A stretch of DNA of 64,000 nt from positions 25,351 to 89,350 of the forward strand of contig DATJXR010000035.1 in the NCBI GenBank assembly GCA_035499995.1. Reading direction: 5' to 3'. Below are positions 18,931-28,550 of the stretch, in pieces. The translations under genes were made by a program, and so were the position numbers. Under the pieces are notes generated by a model. It saw only the letters and a list, made by a program, of their open reading frames with translations, ran no database searches and was not told where the DNA came from. The stretch is from Rhizomicrobium sp. Lineage in GTDB: Bacteria; Pseudomonadota; Alphaproteobacteria; Micropepsales; Micropepsaceae. Numbering within the stretch: the stretch's first letter is position 1; every line of letters starts with the position of its first letter.

Positions 18931-19596
18931 ATGGCGGCACGGAAGAAACCGGCGGACGATTCCCTGAAGGCGGCCGTTCTGGAGCACGCTCTGGAACACG
19001 CCGCCTTCGACGGCTTCACGGACGCGACACTGGCCAAAGCCGCCCGGGCAGCGGGCGCCGGCAAATCCGATCTTGCGCGCCTGTTTCCCGACGGCCCGCG
19101 CTCGCTGGTCGAGGCCTATTCGCGATCCGCCGACGCCGAAATGCGCGCCCGGCTCGCCGGCCAGAAACTCGCCGGGCTCAAGGTCCGCGAGCGCATCGCC
19201 CGCGCCGTGACGGCGCGGATCGCGGTGCTGCGGCCGCACAAGGAAGCGGCGCGGCGCGCGGCGGCGTTCCTGACCTTGCCGCCCAACGCCGTGCTGGCGA
19301 CGAAGCTTCTTTACCGCACGGTGGATGCCATCTGGCGCGCGGCCGGCGACACCTCGACGGACTTCAACTTCTACACCAAGCGCGCCATCCTGGCCGGGGT
19401 CTGGACGTCCACGCTGATGCGCTGGTTCACCGACGACGATCCGGGCGAGGCCGCGACGCGCGCCTTCCTCGACGCCCGCATCGAAAACGTCATGCAGTTC
19501 GAGAAATTCAAGGCGCGGGTGCGCGAGCGCGCCAAGGGGCTGCCGTCGCTCTCCAGCGTGTTCGGCGCCTTCAGCGGGAATTCTTCAGCCAGGTGA
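18931..19596 (+). CDS. COQ9-family protein (the 'RpsU-divergently transcribed protein' family)
   Basis: 221 aa. This family is known to lie divergent from rpsU in alphaproteobacteria, as it does here together with def. Assigned to the COQ9 family by sequence features. Confidence 0.75.
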   Translation: MAARKKPADDSLKAAVLEHALEHAAFDGFTDATLAKAARAAGAGKSDLARLFPDGPRSLVEAYSRSADAEMRARLAGQKLAGLKVRERIARAVTARIAVLRPHKEAARRAAAFLTLPPNAVLATKLLYRTVDAIWRAAGDTSTDFNFYTKRAILAGVWTSTLMRWFTDDDPGEAATRAFLDARIENVMQFEKFKARVRERAKGLPSLSSVFGAFSGNSSAR

Positions 19597-20659
19597 TGTG
19601 GCCCATCTTGCGGCCCGGGCGGATTTCGGCCTTGCCGTAGAGATGCAGCGCGCCGCCGCGCGCGGCCAGCACCTGCCAGTCGCGCGCTTCTTCGCCGATG
19701 ATGTTCTCCATCGCCGCATCGCTGTGGCGCGCCGGCGAGCCCAGGGGCCAGCCCGCCACGGCGCGCACATGCTGCTCGAACTGGCTGACCTCGCAGGCAT
19801 CGACGGTCCAGTGCCCGGAATTGTGCACGCGAGGCGCGATCTCGTTGACCAGCAGCTCGCCCGATCCGAGCACGAACAGCTCCACGCACAGCACGCCCAC
19901 ATGGCCGAGCGCGTCGGCGATCCTGCGGGCGATGGCGCGGGCTTCCTCGCCCTGGCGCGGCGTCAGCCGCCCCGGCACCGTGGAGCGCCGCAGGATGTGA
20001 TGCTCGTGCGCGTTCTCCGGCGGATCGTAGGCCGCGAAAGAACCGTCATGGCCCCGCGCGCCGATCACGGAGGCCTCGAAGGCGAAATCGACGAAGCCTT
20101 CGACGATGGCGGGCGCGTTCTTGAACGCGGCGAACGCCCCGCGCGCCTCCTCGACGGAGGCGACTTTCGCCTGGCCCTTGCCGTCGTAGCCGAAGCGCCG
20201 CGTCTTCAGGATGCCCGCGCCGCCCAGCCGCGCGAATTCCGCGACATCCTCCGGCGCCTCGACGTTGATGTAGGGCGCGGTCCTGAGCCCCAGCCCGTTC
20301 ACCAGCTCCTTCTCGAGGAAGCGGTCCTGCGTCGGCGCCAACGCGGCCGCGCCGGGATTGGTCGGCTTGAAGCCCGCGAGGTAGGAGACCGCGCTTTCGG
20401 GAATGTTCTCGAACTCGAAGGTCACCGCATCGCAGGCCCTGGCGAATTTCGACAGCGACTCGCGGTTCTCGTAATGCGCATGCGTGCGCGCGTGGCACAC
20501 CTGGAAAGCGGGCGCGTCGTTTTCGTCGGAATAGATGTGCGTCTTCAGGCCCAGCCGCGCGGCGGCCATGGCCAGCATGCGGCCGAGCTGGCCGCCGCCG
20601 AGAATCCCGATCGTTCCTCCGGGCGGGACCGGAGCGGTGAGGGCCTTGATCGCGGTCAT
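19571..20659 (-). CDS. purK: N5-carboxyaminoimidazole ribonucleotide synthase
   Basis: Met 17 of track ORF 19571..20707 ([28 protein letters not shown]...). ATP-grasp. The ATG overlaps the purE stop. Confidence 0.9.
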   Translation of the reverse strand: MTAIKALTAPVPPGGTIGILGGGQLGRMLAMAAARLGLKTHIYSDENDAPAFQVCHARTHAHYENRESLSKFARACDAVTFEFENIPESAVSYLAGFKPTNPGAAALAPTQDRFLEKELVNGLGLRTAPYINVEAPEDVAEFARLGGAGILKTRRFGYDGKGQAKVASVEEARGAFAAFKNAPAIVEGFVDFAFEASVIGARGHDGSFAAYDPPENAHEHHILRRSTVPGRLTPRQGEEARAIARRIADALGHVGVLCVELFVLGSGELLVNEIAPRVHNSGHWTVDACEVSQFEQHVRAVAGWPLGSPARHSDAAMENIIGEEARDWQVLAARGGALHLYGKAEIRPGRKMGHITWLKNSR

Positions 20660-21144
20660 TTGTCGGACGGGATCTCCGCGACGGACTCCGTCTGCGATGT
20701 GCGCCACCTGGCAAGCCGCCCCGCCAGCGCGCCGTCCGACAGGGCCAGAATCGCGGCCGCGTGCAGGGCGGCGTTCTTGGCGCCGGACTCTCCGATGGCG
20801 AAGGTCGCCACCGGCACGCCGCCCGGCATCTGCACGATGGAGAGCAGCGAATCCATGCCCTTCAGCGCCCTGGATTCGATGGGCACGCCGAGCACCGGAA
20901 GCGCCGTCATCGACGCCGTCATGCCCGGCAGGTGCGCCGCACCGCCCGCGCCCGCGATGATGGCCTTCAGCCCGCGGCCGGCCGCCTTCTTGGCATAGTC
21001 GTAGAGCCGGTCCGGCGTGCGGTGGGCGGAGACGATGCGGCTCTCATAGGGGATCTCCAGCGCGTCGAGGATCGCGGCGGCCGCCTTGAGCGTCGCCCAG
21101 TCCGACTGGCTTCCCATGATGAGGCCGACAAGAGGGCTGGCCAT
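20656..21144 (-). CDS. purE: N5-CAIR mutase
   Basis: Met 15 of track ORF 20656..21186 ([16 protein letters not shown]...). Classic PurE N-terminus. Confidence 0.9.
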   Translation of the reverse strand: MASPLVGLIMGSQSDWATLKAAAAILDALEIPYESRIVSAHRTPDRLYDYAKKAAGRGLKAIIAGAGGAAHLPGMTASMTALPVLGVPIESRALKGMDSLLSIVQMPGGVPVATFAIGESGAKNAALHAAAILALSDGALAGRLARWRTSQTESVAEIPSDK

Positions 21145-21293
21145 GCATGCCTTCCGGTGGGGGCGAACGCCCGGGAAGCGGCGCATTATAGGCAGCGTTC
21201 GCCGCCTGGGAAGGCCAAGGTCAACCGGCTATTAACGATTTGGTGACAGGATTGACCCGATTGTTAAGCCGATCTGTGTCGAATCGGGACGCC

Positions 21294-22016
21294 ATGAAAG
21301 TCGAGCGGACGGAGCGCAGCGCGGGCGCCAGGCGAGTGGCCGCCACCGGCTATGCGCGCGCCGCCGAGGCCGCCGCGCCCGTGGCCGCCGCCGCGCCCGT
21401 GGCCGCCGCGGCCACCGTGCTGGGCATCCCCGAAGCGGAGTTCACGCCCCGGGTGCGCGACGCCATCATGACCCTGATGAGCGAGGTCGACGGCCTGCGC
21501 CGCGAGCTCCAGCAGACCCGCTCGCGCCTGGAAGACGTCGAGCGCGCCGCCGACCAGGACCAGCTGCTGCCGCTGCTCAACCGCCGCGCCTTCGTGCGCG
21601 AGCTCAACCGCCACATCAACTTCACCGCCCGCTACGACACGCCCGCGAGCCTGGTCTATTTCGACCTCGACGACTTCAAGGCGATCAACGACACCCACGG
21701 CCATGCGGCCGGCGACGCGGTGCTCTCCCACTTCGCGGACACGCTGCTCGCCCATGTGCGCGACAGCGACGTGGTCGGCCGCCTCGGCGGCGACGAGTTC
21801 GGCATCATCCTTTCCCATGCCGACAATGCCCAGGCCCACAAGAAGGCCCAGGCCCTGGCCGCCACGCTCAAGGCGAGCCCGCCGATGTGGCGCGGCAAGG
21901 CGCTGCAGGTCGCGTTCTCGTACGGCGCCTTCGAGCTCATCGGCGGCGAAAACGCCGACAACGCCATGGCCCGCGCCGACGAAGCGATGTACGCGCACAA
22001 GCGCACCGCGCGCTAG
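21294..22016 (+). CDS. GGDEF-domain diguanylate cyclase (no obvious sensor domain; N-terminal Ala/Pro-rich region and coiled coil)
   Basis: Met 19 of track ORF 21240..22016. Active-site GGDEF motif (RLGGDEFGII) and DxLT motif. Confidence 0.8.
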   Translation: MKVERTERSAGARRVAATGYARAAEAAAPVAAAAPVAAAATVLGIPEAEFTPRVRDAIMTLMSEVDGLRRELQQTRSRLEDVERAADQDQLLPLLNRRAFVRELNRHINFTARYDTPASLVYFDLDDFKAINDTHGHAAGDAVLSHFADTLLAHVRDSDVVGRLGGDEFGIILSHADNAQAHKKAQALAATLKASPPMWRGKALQVAFSYGAFELIGGENADNAMARADEAMYAHKRTAR

Positions 22017-22219
22017 GCGATGATGTCCGGCAGCAGCGCGTCCTCGATGCGCGCGATCATGTCCTTCAGCTGAAGCTTGCGCTTCTTCAGGCGCGTCAGC
22101 TGGATCTGGTCGAGCACGCCCTGCTCGGCCATGGCGGCGATGGCGGCGTCGAGATCGCGATGCTCCTGGGTGAGCTCCGCGAGTTTTGCGCGCAGCGCCT
22201 GTTCGTCGGCCTCCGTCAT
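22013..22219 (-). CDS. DUF465-family protein (YdcH-like)
   Basis: 68 aa: MTEADEQALRAKLAELTQEHRDLDAAIAAMAEQGVLDQIQLTRLKKRKLQLKDMIARIEDALLP. Conserved LKKRKLQLKD core. Overlaps the ubiX stop by 4 nt. Confidence 0.7.
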   Translation of the reverse strand: MTEADEQALRAKLAELTQEHRDLDAAIAAMAEQGVLDQIQLTRLKKRKLQLKDMIARIEDALLPDIIA

Positions 22220-22833
22220 TTCGCACCGCCCTTGCGGCGGCCTTTCGACAGATCCTCGCCCCAGCGCCTGGTATCGGGCCAGTCCAGGCCGAAGAGATCC
22301 AGCACGCGCCCCACCTGCTGGTCGACGATGTCGGCGATCGTCCTGGGCTCGGCGTAGAACGCGGGCGCCGGCGGAAGAATCGTGGCGCCCATTTCCGCAA
22401 GCTGGGTCAGCGAACGCAGATGGCCCACATGCAGCGGCGCCTCGCGCACCAGAAGCACCAGCGGGCGCTTCTCCTTCAGCGTCACGTCGGCCGCGCGGGT
22501 CAGCAGGTTCGTCGTCACGCCGGTGGCGATCTCCGACCAGCTCCTGACCGAGCAGGGCGCGATCACCATGCCCGCCGTGCGGAACGATCCCGAGGCGATG
22601 GGCGCCGCTATGTCGTCGATGCCATAGACGCGATCGGCCCTGGCGGCGACGGCCGCGGGCGGGAGATTGGTCTCGTAGCCGATGGTCATCTGGCCGGGCC
22701 TGGACACCACCAGGTGCGATTCGATCCCGAGCTCCCTGAGGGCCTCGAGCAGCCGGATTCCGTAGGCCACGCCCGAGGCGCCGGTGATGCCCACGACCAG
22801 TCTTTTTCCCGGTTTTTCCGCGCTTTTCGCCAT
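22216..22833 (-). CDS. ubiX: flavin prenyltransferase UbiX
   Basis: Met 37 of track ORF 22216..22941 (MAKSAEKPGKRLVVGITGASGV...). Flavoprotein fold with a GITGASG motif. Confidence 0.85.
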   Translation of the reverse strand: MAKSAEKPGKRLVVGITGASGVAYGIRLLEALRELGIESHLVVSRPGQMTIGYETNLPPAAVAARADRVYGIDDIAAPIASGSFRTAGMVIAPCSVRSWSEIATGVTTNLLTRAADVTLKEKRPLVLLVREAPLHVGHLRSLTQLAEMGATILPPAPAFYAEPRTIADIVDQQVGRVLDLFGLDWPDTRRWGEDLSKGRRKGGAK

Positions 22834-22934
22834 GGGTGTCCGTTTACATTCTGGCAGGCTTGCGCGAAAGGGGTGGGTGACAGCCCCGGGCTTTGGTGTT
22901 CTAATTCCCGTCCCTTTCAAGGACGAGGTGCGGT

Positions 22935-23108
22935 ATGGCACTGCAAGGGCATATCCAGGAACTCTCGGATAAGCACAAGAAACTCGAAGACCTCATCGAA
23001 GCCGAAATGGCGCATCCCGATTGGGACGAGGTAAGGGTCTCAGCCCTCAAGAAAGAAAAACTCCGCATCAAGGACGAACTCGAGCGCCTTCGAACAGCGG
23101 TACACTGA
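22935..23108 (+). CDS. second DUF465-family (YdcH-like) small protein; missed by the ORF track (<60 aa)
   Basis: Manual translation: MALQGHIQELSDKHKKLEDLIEAEMAHPDWDEVRVSALKKEKLRIKDELERLRTAVH* (57 aa), carrying the same L-KKxKLxxKDExxRL core as the minus-strand DUF465 at 22013..22219. Divergent from ubiX. Confidence 0.6.
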   Translation: MALQGHIQELSDKHKKLEDLIEAEMAHPDWDEVRVSALKKEKLRIKDELERLRTAVH

Positions 23109-23117
23109 TCCTCCTTT

Positions 23118-24437
23118 CTAGCTTCCGGCGGCCGGCTGCGCGGCGAAATGATGGCGCGCGCGCGTGAGCAGGACTGCCGCCAGCGCCAGCATCGCCGCCG
23201 CGAACAGGAATGCCGCGCCCGGGAAATAGACCGGCGCGTTCTTCGCCGTGAAGTACGCGAACACGTTCGTCAGCAGCACCGGCGCCACGACCGAGGTCAC
23301 CCCGCCCACGCTCGCCAGCGCGCCCTGCACCTCGCCCTGCTCGTTGATCGGCACCTGGCGGGAGATGATGCCGTTGAGCGAGGGCATGACCAGCCCCATC
23401 AGCGACCACACCAGCATCCACGGATACATCTGCCAGCCTTCCGTCGCCAGCGCATAACCCAGGAAGCCGATGGCGCCGCAGACGAGCCCGATATAGGCCG
23501 CGCGCGCCTCGCCCAGCAGCGGGATGAGGATGCGCGTCAGGAACCCGAACACGCCCGCCATGACGATGCCGAGGAACGCCATCGCCCAGCCGACCTGCGC
23601 GATCGTCCAGTGGAATTTGAGATAGACGTAGTAGCTCCAGATCACCGGATTGGCGTCGTGCGCCAGCCGCATCAGCACGAAGATCGCCACGAAGCCGAGC
23701 ACCGCGGGATGCCGGCCGATGGCGATCAGCGAGCCGATGGGATTGGCGCGCCACAGCTCGAATGCGCGCCGCTTCGCCGGCGGCAGCGACTCCTTGAGCA
23801 CGAACAGGCCGAACAGCGCATTCGCCAGCGCCAGCGCCGCGGCGACGAAGAACGGCACATGCGGCCCGAACCTGCCGCCGATCAGTCCGCCCAGCGCCGG
23901 CCCCACCACGAAGCCCATGCCGAAGGCCGCGCCCACCAGCCCGAAATTCGCCGCGCGCTTCTCCGGCGGCGAGACATCGGCGATGTAGGCGTTGGCGGTG
24001 GTATAGGCCGCGCCCGCGATGCCGGAAAGGACGCGGCCCACGAACAGCCAGCCGATGGTGGGCGCGATGCCGGTGATGAAATAGTCCACGCCCAGCATCG
24101 ACAGCGACACGATCAGCACCGGGCGGCGCCCGAAGCGGTCCGACAGGTTGCCGATCAGCGGCGAGAACAGGAACAGCATGCCCGCGAACGCCGTCTGCAG
24201 CCAGCCGCCCCACCACGCGGCCCCGCTCATGGCCTCGCCGGTGAGGTCGCCGATCAGCCTGGGCGTGATGGGTATGACGATGCCGAGGCCGACGGTGTCG
24301 ATGAACATGGTCATGAAGATGAAGACCAGCGCCAGCCGGCTGGCCGTGCCCGTCATGGTCGGCGCCTCGGGCGGCGCGCCGGACGGGATGTCCTCGCCCA
24401 CATGGCTCTCGGATGGACCAGGCGTCAGGTCGGTCAT
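23118..24437 (-). CDS. MFS transporter (drug:H+ antiporter / TetA-like family)
   Basis: Met 96 of track ORF 23118..24722 (MTDLTPGPSE...). 12 TM helices and an MFS motif A (GNLSDRFGRRPVL). Confidence 0.8.
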   Translation of the reverse strand: MTDLTPGPSESHVGEDIPSGAPPEAPTMTGTASRLALVFIFMTMFIDTVGLGIVIPITPRLIGDLTGEAMSGAAWWGGWLQTAFAGMLFLFSPLIGNLSDRFGRRPVLIVSLSMLGVDYFITGIAPTIGWLFVGRVLSGIAGAAYTTANAYIADVSPPEKRAANFGLVGAAFGMGFVVGPALGGLIGGRFGPHVPFFVAAALALANALFGLFVLKESLPPAKRRAFELWRANPIGSLIAIGRHPAVLGFVAIFVLMRLAHDANPVIWSYYVYLKFHWTIAQVGWAMAFLGIVMAGVFGFLTRILIPLLGEARAAYIGLVCGAIGFLGYALATEGWQMYPWMLVWSLMGLVMPSLNGIISRQVPINEQGEVQGALASVGGVTSVVAPVLLTNVFAYFTAKNAPVYFPGAAFLFAAAMLALAAVLLTRARHHFAAQPAAGS

Positions 24438-24739
24438 GCAAATCCCCTTTGGCGCGCGATCCTGGCCGCCCCGCGCGCGCCGGACTTGGAGAAATTTGGC
24501 GCCCCCGCCCGCCTGTCCACTATTGTCCGTCCCATCGTCTTCCCTACCAGCCCTTGATGGCCACGCCACCCCTTGCGCTCGCCCGGCCCCACGGTATTCG
24601 AACGTCGAAAAATTGGGGGGAGGGGGGTGACTCAAATCCCTTCGCCGAGGGCTTCGGAATTCCCGCATTTCGGGGCCGCAGCCACAGCCGGACAGCATAG
24701 GAACATTTGTGGAACAATGCAAGCGGGTTCCGTTTCAGG

Positions 24740-25711
24740 CTAGGGCTCGACGATGGCCTTCCCGATGATGCTGCGGTCCTGGAGCGCGCGCATGGCGTCC
24801 ACCGCCTGGCGCAGGGGAAAGCGCGCGCCGATGTGGGGACGGATTCTGCGCTCGGCGAGGAGGCGGTCGATGGCGGCGATGTTCTCGCGGCCCCTGGCGG
24901 GATTCTTGCGGCCATATTCGCCCGCGCGCACGCCCACCACCGAGAAGCCCTTGATCAGCGGCATGTTGGCGGCGATGGAGGGGATGCGCCCTGACGTGAA
25001 TCCGATGATGAGCAGCCGGCCGCCGAAAGCGATGCAGCGCACGCTTTCGTCGAACACGTCGCCGCCCACCGGATCGTAGATCACGTCCGCGCCGGCGCCA
25101 CCGGTGAAACCCTTCACCGTCTCGCGGAAGCCGCGCGGCGCCAGCACCAGATCGGCGCCGTAGTCCTTCAGGAACGAACGTTTCGCCTCCGTCGAGGCGG
25201 TGGCGATCACCCGCGCGCCCAGGACCTTGCCGAGATCGACGGCGGCAAGCCCTACGCCGCCGGCCGCGCCGTGGACCAGGAGCGTCTCGCCCGCCTCCAG
25301 CGCGCCGCGGCGCACCAGCGCGACATGGGCGGTGAGATAGGCGGTGGTGAAGCTCGCGGCCTCGGCATAGCCCGCCTCGCCGGGAATTTTGCGCAACAGC
25401 GCCGCCGGCAATTGCCGCTCCTCCGCGAAGGCACCCTGGAAGCCGCCGCCGACGACGCGGTCGCCCACCGAAACGTCGGTGACGCCGTCGCCGGTCGCGA
25501 TCACGTCGCCGGCGAATTCGCCGCCCACGACGAACGGCAGCTCCGGCCGGTGCTGGTACTTGCCCTGCACCATCAGGATGTCGGGGAAGTTGACGCTGGC
25601 CGCGCGGATGCGCACCCGCGCCTCGCCGGGCGCCGGCGGCGGCAGCGTCACGTCCTCGAATTGCAGCGTGCCGATGTCCTCGGCATTCGCCCGGCAGACG
25701 AGCGCTTTCAT
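24740..25711 (-). CDS. qor: NADPH:quinone oxidoreductase (zeta-crystallin / MDR family)
   Basis: Met 244 of track ORF 24740..26440 (MKALVCRANAEDIGTLQFEDV...). Rossmann AAGGVG motif. The upstream part of the track ORF is TetR read in another frame. Confidence 0.85.
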   Translation of the reverse strand: MKALVCRANAEDIGTLQFEDVTLPPPAPGEARVRIRAASVNFPDILMVQGKYQHRPELPFVVGGEFAGDVIATGDGVTDVSVGDRVVGGGFQGAFAEERQLPAALLRKIPGEAGYAEAASFTTAYLTAHVALVRRGALEAGETLLVHGAAGGVGLAAVDLGKVLGARVIATASTEAKRSFLKDYGADLVLAPRGFRETVKGFTGGAGADVIYDPVGGDVFDESVRCIAFGGRLLIIGFTSGRIPSIAANMPLIKGFSVVGVRAGEYGRKNPARGRENIAAIDRLLAERRIRPHIGARFPLRQAVDAMRALQDRSIIGKAIVEP

Positions 25712-25719
25712 GCGGGGGG

Positions 25720-26382
25720 CTATTCCTGCGCGTGGCCGTTGCTGGAGGGCGGCAGCGCGCGCACGCCGCCCATGAATAGGGCGGTGGCGAAGTTGGCCGC
25801 ATAGGCCGGATCGCGGGGCTCGCGGCGCAGCAGCCGCTCGGTGATCTCGAACGCCACGCCCACGATCGAGGCCATGAGGAAATCGGCGTCCACCGGCGGG
25901 AACACGCCGCGGGCGATGGCGCGCTCCAGATCCTCGCGCAGCTCCTCGAAGCCCGCGATCACCTCCGGAGTGTCCATGCGCACGCGCGTGGTGTCGGCGG
26001 AGTGGCGCAGGTTGCGGAAATTCATCTCGTCGCGGGTGACGAACTCGAAGAAGGTGCGGAAGGTGCCGGAGATGAACTCCTCCACGGTGGAGGCCTTGTT
26101 GCGCTCTTCCCGCAGGCGCGGGCGGATGACCAGCGCCACCTCGTTCTGGATCGCCTCGTACACTTCCTCCTTGGAGTCGAAATAGTTGTAGAAGGTGCCC
26201 GAGGCCAGCGGCGTGGCGCGGATGATGTCGCGCACCGTGGCCGCGCCATAGCCCATCTCGGCGAACACCCGCCGCGCCGCCTCCAGGATGACCTGGCGGT
26301 TCTGCTGCTTGGTCTGCTCGCGCTTGCCGGGCGCCTTGGCGGGCGGCTTGGCGGAAGCGGGTCGTGCGGCCTGGGCGTCCAT
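25720..26382 (-). CDS. TetR/AcrR-family transcriptional regulator
   Basis: 220 aa with an N-terminal HTH (RQVILEAARRVFAEMGYGAATVRDIIRATPLASGTFYNYF). Immediately upstream of qor and divergent from the thioesterase genes. Confidence 0.8.
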   Translation of the reverse strand: MDAQAARPASAKPPAKAPGKREQTKQQNRQVILEAARRVFAEMGYGAATVRDIIRATPLASGTFYNYFDSKEEVYEAIQNEVALVIRPRLREERNKASTVEEFISGTFRTFFEFVTRDEMNFRNLRHSADTTRVRMDTPEVIAGFEELREDLERAIARGVFPPVDADFLMASIVGVAFEITERLLRREPRDPAYAANFATALFMGGVRALPPSSNGHAQE

Positions 26383-26479
26383 GGCGCTCCTCGAAAACGG
26401 CCGGGGAGTGTAGCCTTCCGTGACGCGTCGTCAATTTCATGAAGTTGACAGAAAGTCAGGCTTGGTGTCGATCCCGGCC

Positions 26480-26938
26480 ATGAGCAGCTCGGCCGGCAGC
26501 CCGGATTTCAACGACCTCGTCCGCGAGCGGATGAACCTGACGCCGTACCTGGCCTCCATCGGGGGCGAGATGATCGAGCTTTCGGAAGCGCGGGCGCGGG
26601 TGCGGCTGCCCTATGGGCCGCATCTCGTCGGCGATCCGCGGACGGGCGTGGTCCATGGCGGCGTTGTCACCGGCATCCTCGACCACACCGCGGGCATGGC
26701 GGTGTTCGGCAAGCTGCGCCGGCCCGTGCCCATCGCCACGCTCGACCTCAGGATCGACTACATGAAGCCGGCCACGCTGGGCGAGGCGATCGTCGCGGAC
26801 GTGACCTGCCTGAAGGTGACGCACGACATCGCCTTCGTGCGCGGCGCGGCCTATCACGCCGATCCGGCCGATGCGATCGCGCTGTGCACGGGCGCATTCA
26901 TCCTCATCAGGGGCGGCGTGTCGCCGGGCATCCCATGA
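26480..26938 (+). CDS. PaaI-family hotdog thioesterase (copy 1)
   Basis: Met 21 of track ORF 26420..26938, with hotdog-fold motifs (VHGGVVTGILDHTAG). Confidence 0.7.
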   Translation: MSSSAGSPDFNDLVRERMNLTPYLASIGGEMIELSEARARVRLPYGPHLVGDPRTGVVHGGVVTGILDHTAGMAVFGKLRRPVPIATLDLRIDYMKPATLGEAIVADVTCLKVTHDIAFVRGAAYHADPADAIALCTGAFILIRGGVSPGIP

Positions 26939-27360
26939 GCGCGGACGACGGCGGCAGGCCGCCCGTGCGCGACGTGGCCGCGCTCGTCGCGCGCATTCCC
27001 TATTGCGCGCATCTGGGCATCGGGGCCGCGGCGGCGGAGGGCGCGCTGAGGCTCACCATGCCGTTCGCGGAGAAGCTGGTGGGCAACGTCATGCTGCCGG
27101 CGCTGCATGGCGGGGTGATCGGCTCGCTGCTCGAGACCGCGGCCATCGCGCAGATCCTGTGGGAGACCGCGCCCGAGCGGATGCCCAGGCCCGTGGACAT
27201 CGCCATCGACTACCTGAGGAGCGCCCGCGCGCTCGACAGCTTCGCGCGCGCCAGGCTGATCAAGCAGGGCCGCCGCGTCGTCAACGTCCACGCCGAGATG
27301 TGGCAGGACGACCCCGCCAGACCCGTCGCCGCGCTGCGGGGGCATTTTCTGGTAGGGTAG
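26935..27360 (+). CDS. PaaI-family hotdog thioesterase (copy 2, tandem paralogue)
   Basis: Met 18 of track ORF 26884..27360 (MSADDGGRPPV...). The ATG overlaps the previous stop. LHGGVIGSLLETAA motif. Confidence 0.7.
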   Translation: MSADDGGRPPVRDVAALVARIPYCAHLGIGAAAAEGALRLTMPFAEKLVGNVMLPALHGGVIGSLLETAAIAQILWETAPERMPRPVDIAIDYLRSARALDSFARARLIKQGRRVVNVHAEMWQDDPARPVAALRGHFLVG

Positions 27361-27365
27361 CGTCC

Positions 27366-28550
27366 ATGGCGGAGGGCGCTTATCCGATCATCGTTCGGGA
27401 GACGGCGGGTTTGCGCCTGTACACGGTGGCGCTGTTCGTCCTCGCTGCGGCGATGTTGGGATTTGTCGCCGGCGTGCCCATATTCTTCGGCAAGACCGAT
27501 GATCGCGTCGGCGACGTGTTCGCGGCCATTTTTGCGCTGGCGAGTTTGGCGTCGCTTGCGGCAGCTTATCACACCGCGATTTGGCGCCTGGTGCTGGAAA
27601 AGGACAGCATCGCGAGCAGCGGCATTTTCGGCCGCCGCACGTTGCCGCGCAGCCAGATCGCCGGCATCCGATCGATTCTCAACGGCCGTCGTTGCCGGCT
27701 CGTCCCGTCGGATCGCACGCACAAGCCGCTCACCTTCTCGGCGGCGCTCTTCAAGAACGAGGCATTGCTGGATTGGCTCGAAGGCATCCCCGATCTCGAC
27801 GCGGCCGAATACCATGCCGCGCTCGCAGCCTACGAGCAGGATTCGCGCTATGGCGCCACGGTGGAGGAACGGCAGGCTCGGCTGGCATGGATGGAACGGA
27901 TCGTTTCGGCAGTCGATTGGCCCATATTCGGTCTCGGCCTGGCGGTGGTGGTTGTCGGCCAATCCTATCCCCTGCTGTTCGCGGTTCTTGCCGCGTTTCC
28001 GCCTCTGGCCATCGCGCTCAATTTTTGGTCGCGCGGGCTATTGCGCTTCGGACTGGAGCGCGCGAACGATCCAAGGCCCACATTGGGGGCGCTGTTTTTC
28101 ATGCCGGGCATGGCACTTGGTGTCAGCGCGGGGATCGGCACGAATCTTCTGGATTGGCGCCCGGCGCTGGCGGACACCGCTGTTCTGGCGTTGAGCGTGA
28201 TGGCGCTGTTGCTGTGGCGGTCGCGCCATCCGGTGCGGTGGGATCAGGTGTTCCTGATGGCGGTCCTGGTGGCGGCCTACTGCTTCGGCGTGCTTGCTCT
28301 TGCCGATGTCACGCTGGACACCGCATCACCCCAGCGGTTTCCAGCGCGGGTCCTCGGGAAGCATTTCGAAACGGGCAGAAGCAACACGCGCTATTACCTG
28401 ACCGTCGATCCGTGGGGGCCGATGACCAAGAGCGGCGACGTTCGCGTTTCAGAATCTGTGTACCGGGCGGAGAATAGCGGCGATACGGTCTGCGTCTTCG
28501 TCGGCCCCGGCCAGCTTGGCTGGCGCTGGTACGGCGTCGGTAAGTGTTAG
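27366..28550 (+). CDS. hypothetical polytopic membrane protein (no recognisable family)
   Basis: Met 166 of track ORF 26871..28550 (MAEGAYPIIVRET...), 394 aa with at least 8 hydrophobic helices. Begins 5 nt after thioesterase 2 and ends overlapping the motA stop. Confidence 0.5.
   Translation: MAEGAYPIIVRETAGLRLYTVALFVLAAAMLGFVAGVPIFFGKTDDRVGDVFAAIFALASLASLAAAYHTAIWRLVLEKDSIASSGIFGRRTLPRSQIAGIRSILNGRRCRLVPSDRTHKPLTFSAALFKNEALLDWLEGIPDLDAAEYHAALAAYEQDSRYGATVEERQARLAWMERIVSAVDWPIFGLGLAVVVVGQSYPLLFAVLAAFPPLAIALNFWSRGLLRFGLERANDPRPTLGALFFMPGMALGVSAGIGTNLLDWRPALADTAVLALSVMALLLWRSRHPVRWDQVFLMAVLVAAYCFGVLALADVTLDTASPQRFPARVLGKHFETGRSNTRYYLTVDPWGPMTKSGDVRVSESVYRAENSGDTVCVFVGPGQLGWRWYGVGKC

Noticed and set aside
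24690-24710. sigma54-like -24/-12 element (TGGAAC-N5-ATGCAAGC)
   Set aside because: It points away from the nearest genes, which are both on the minus strand, and the -12 match is poor. Likely chance.
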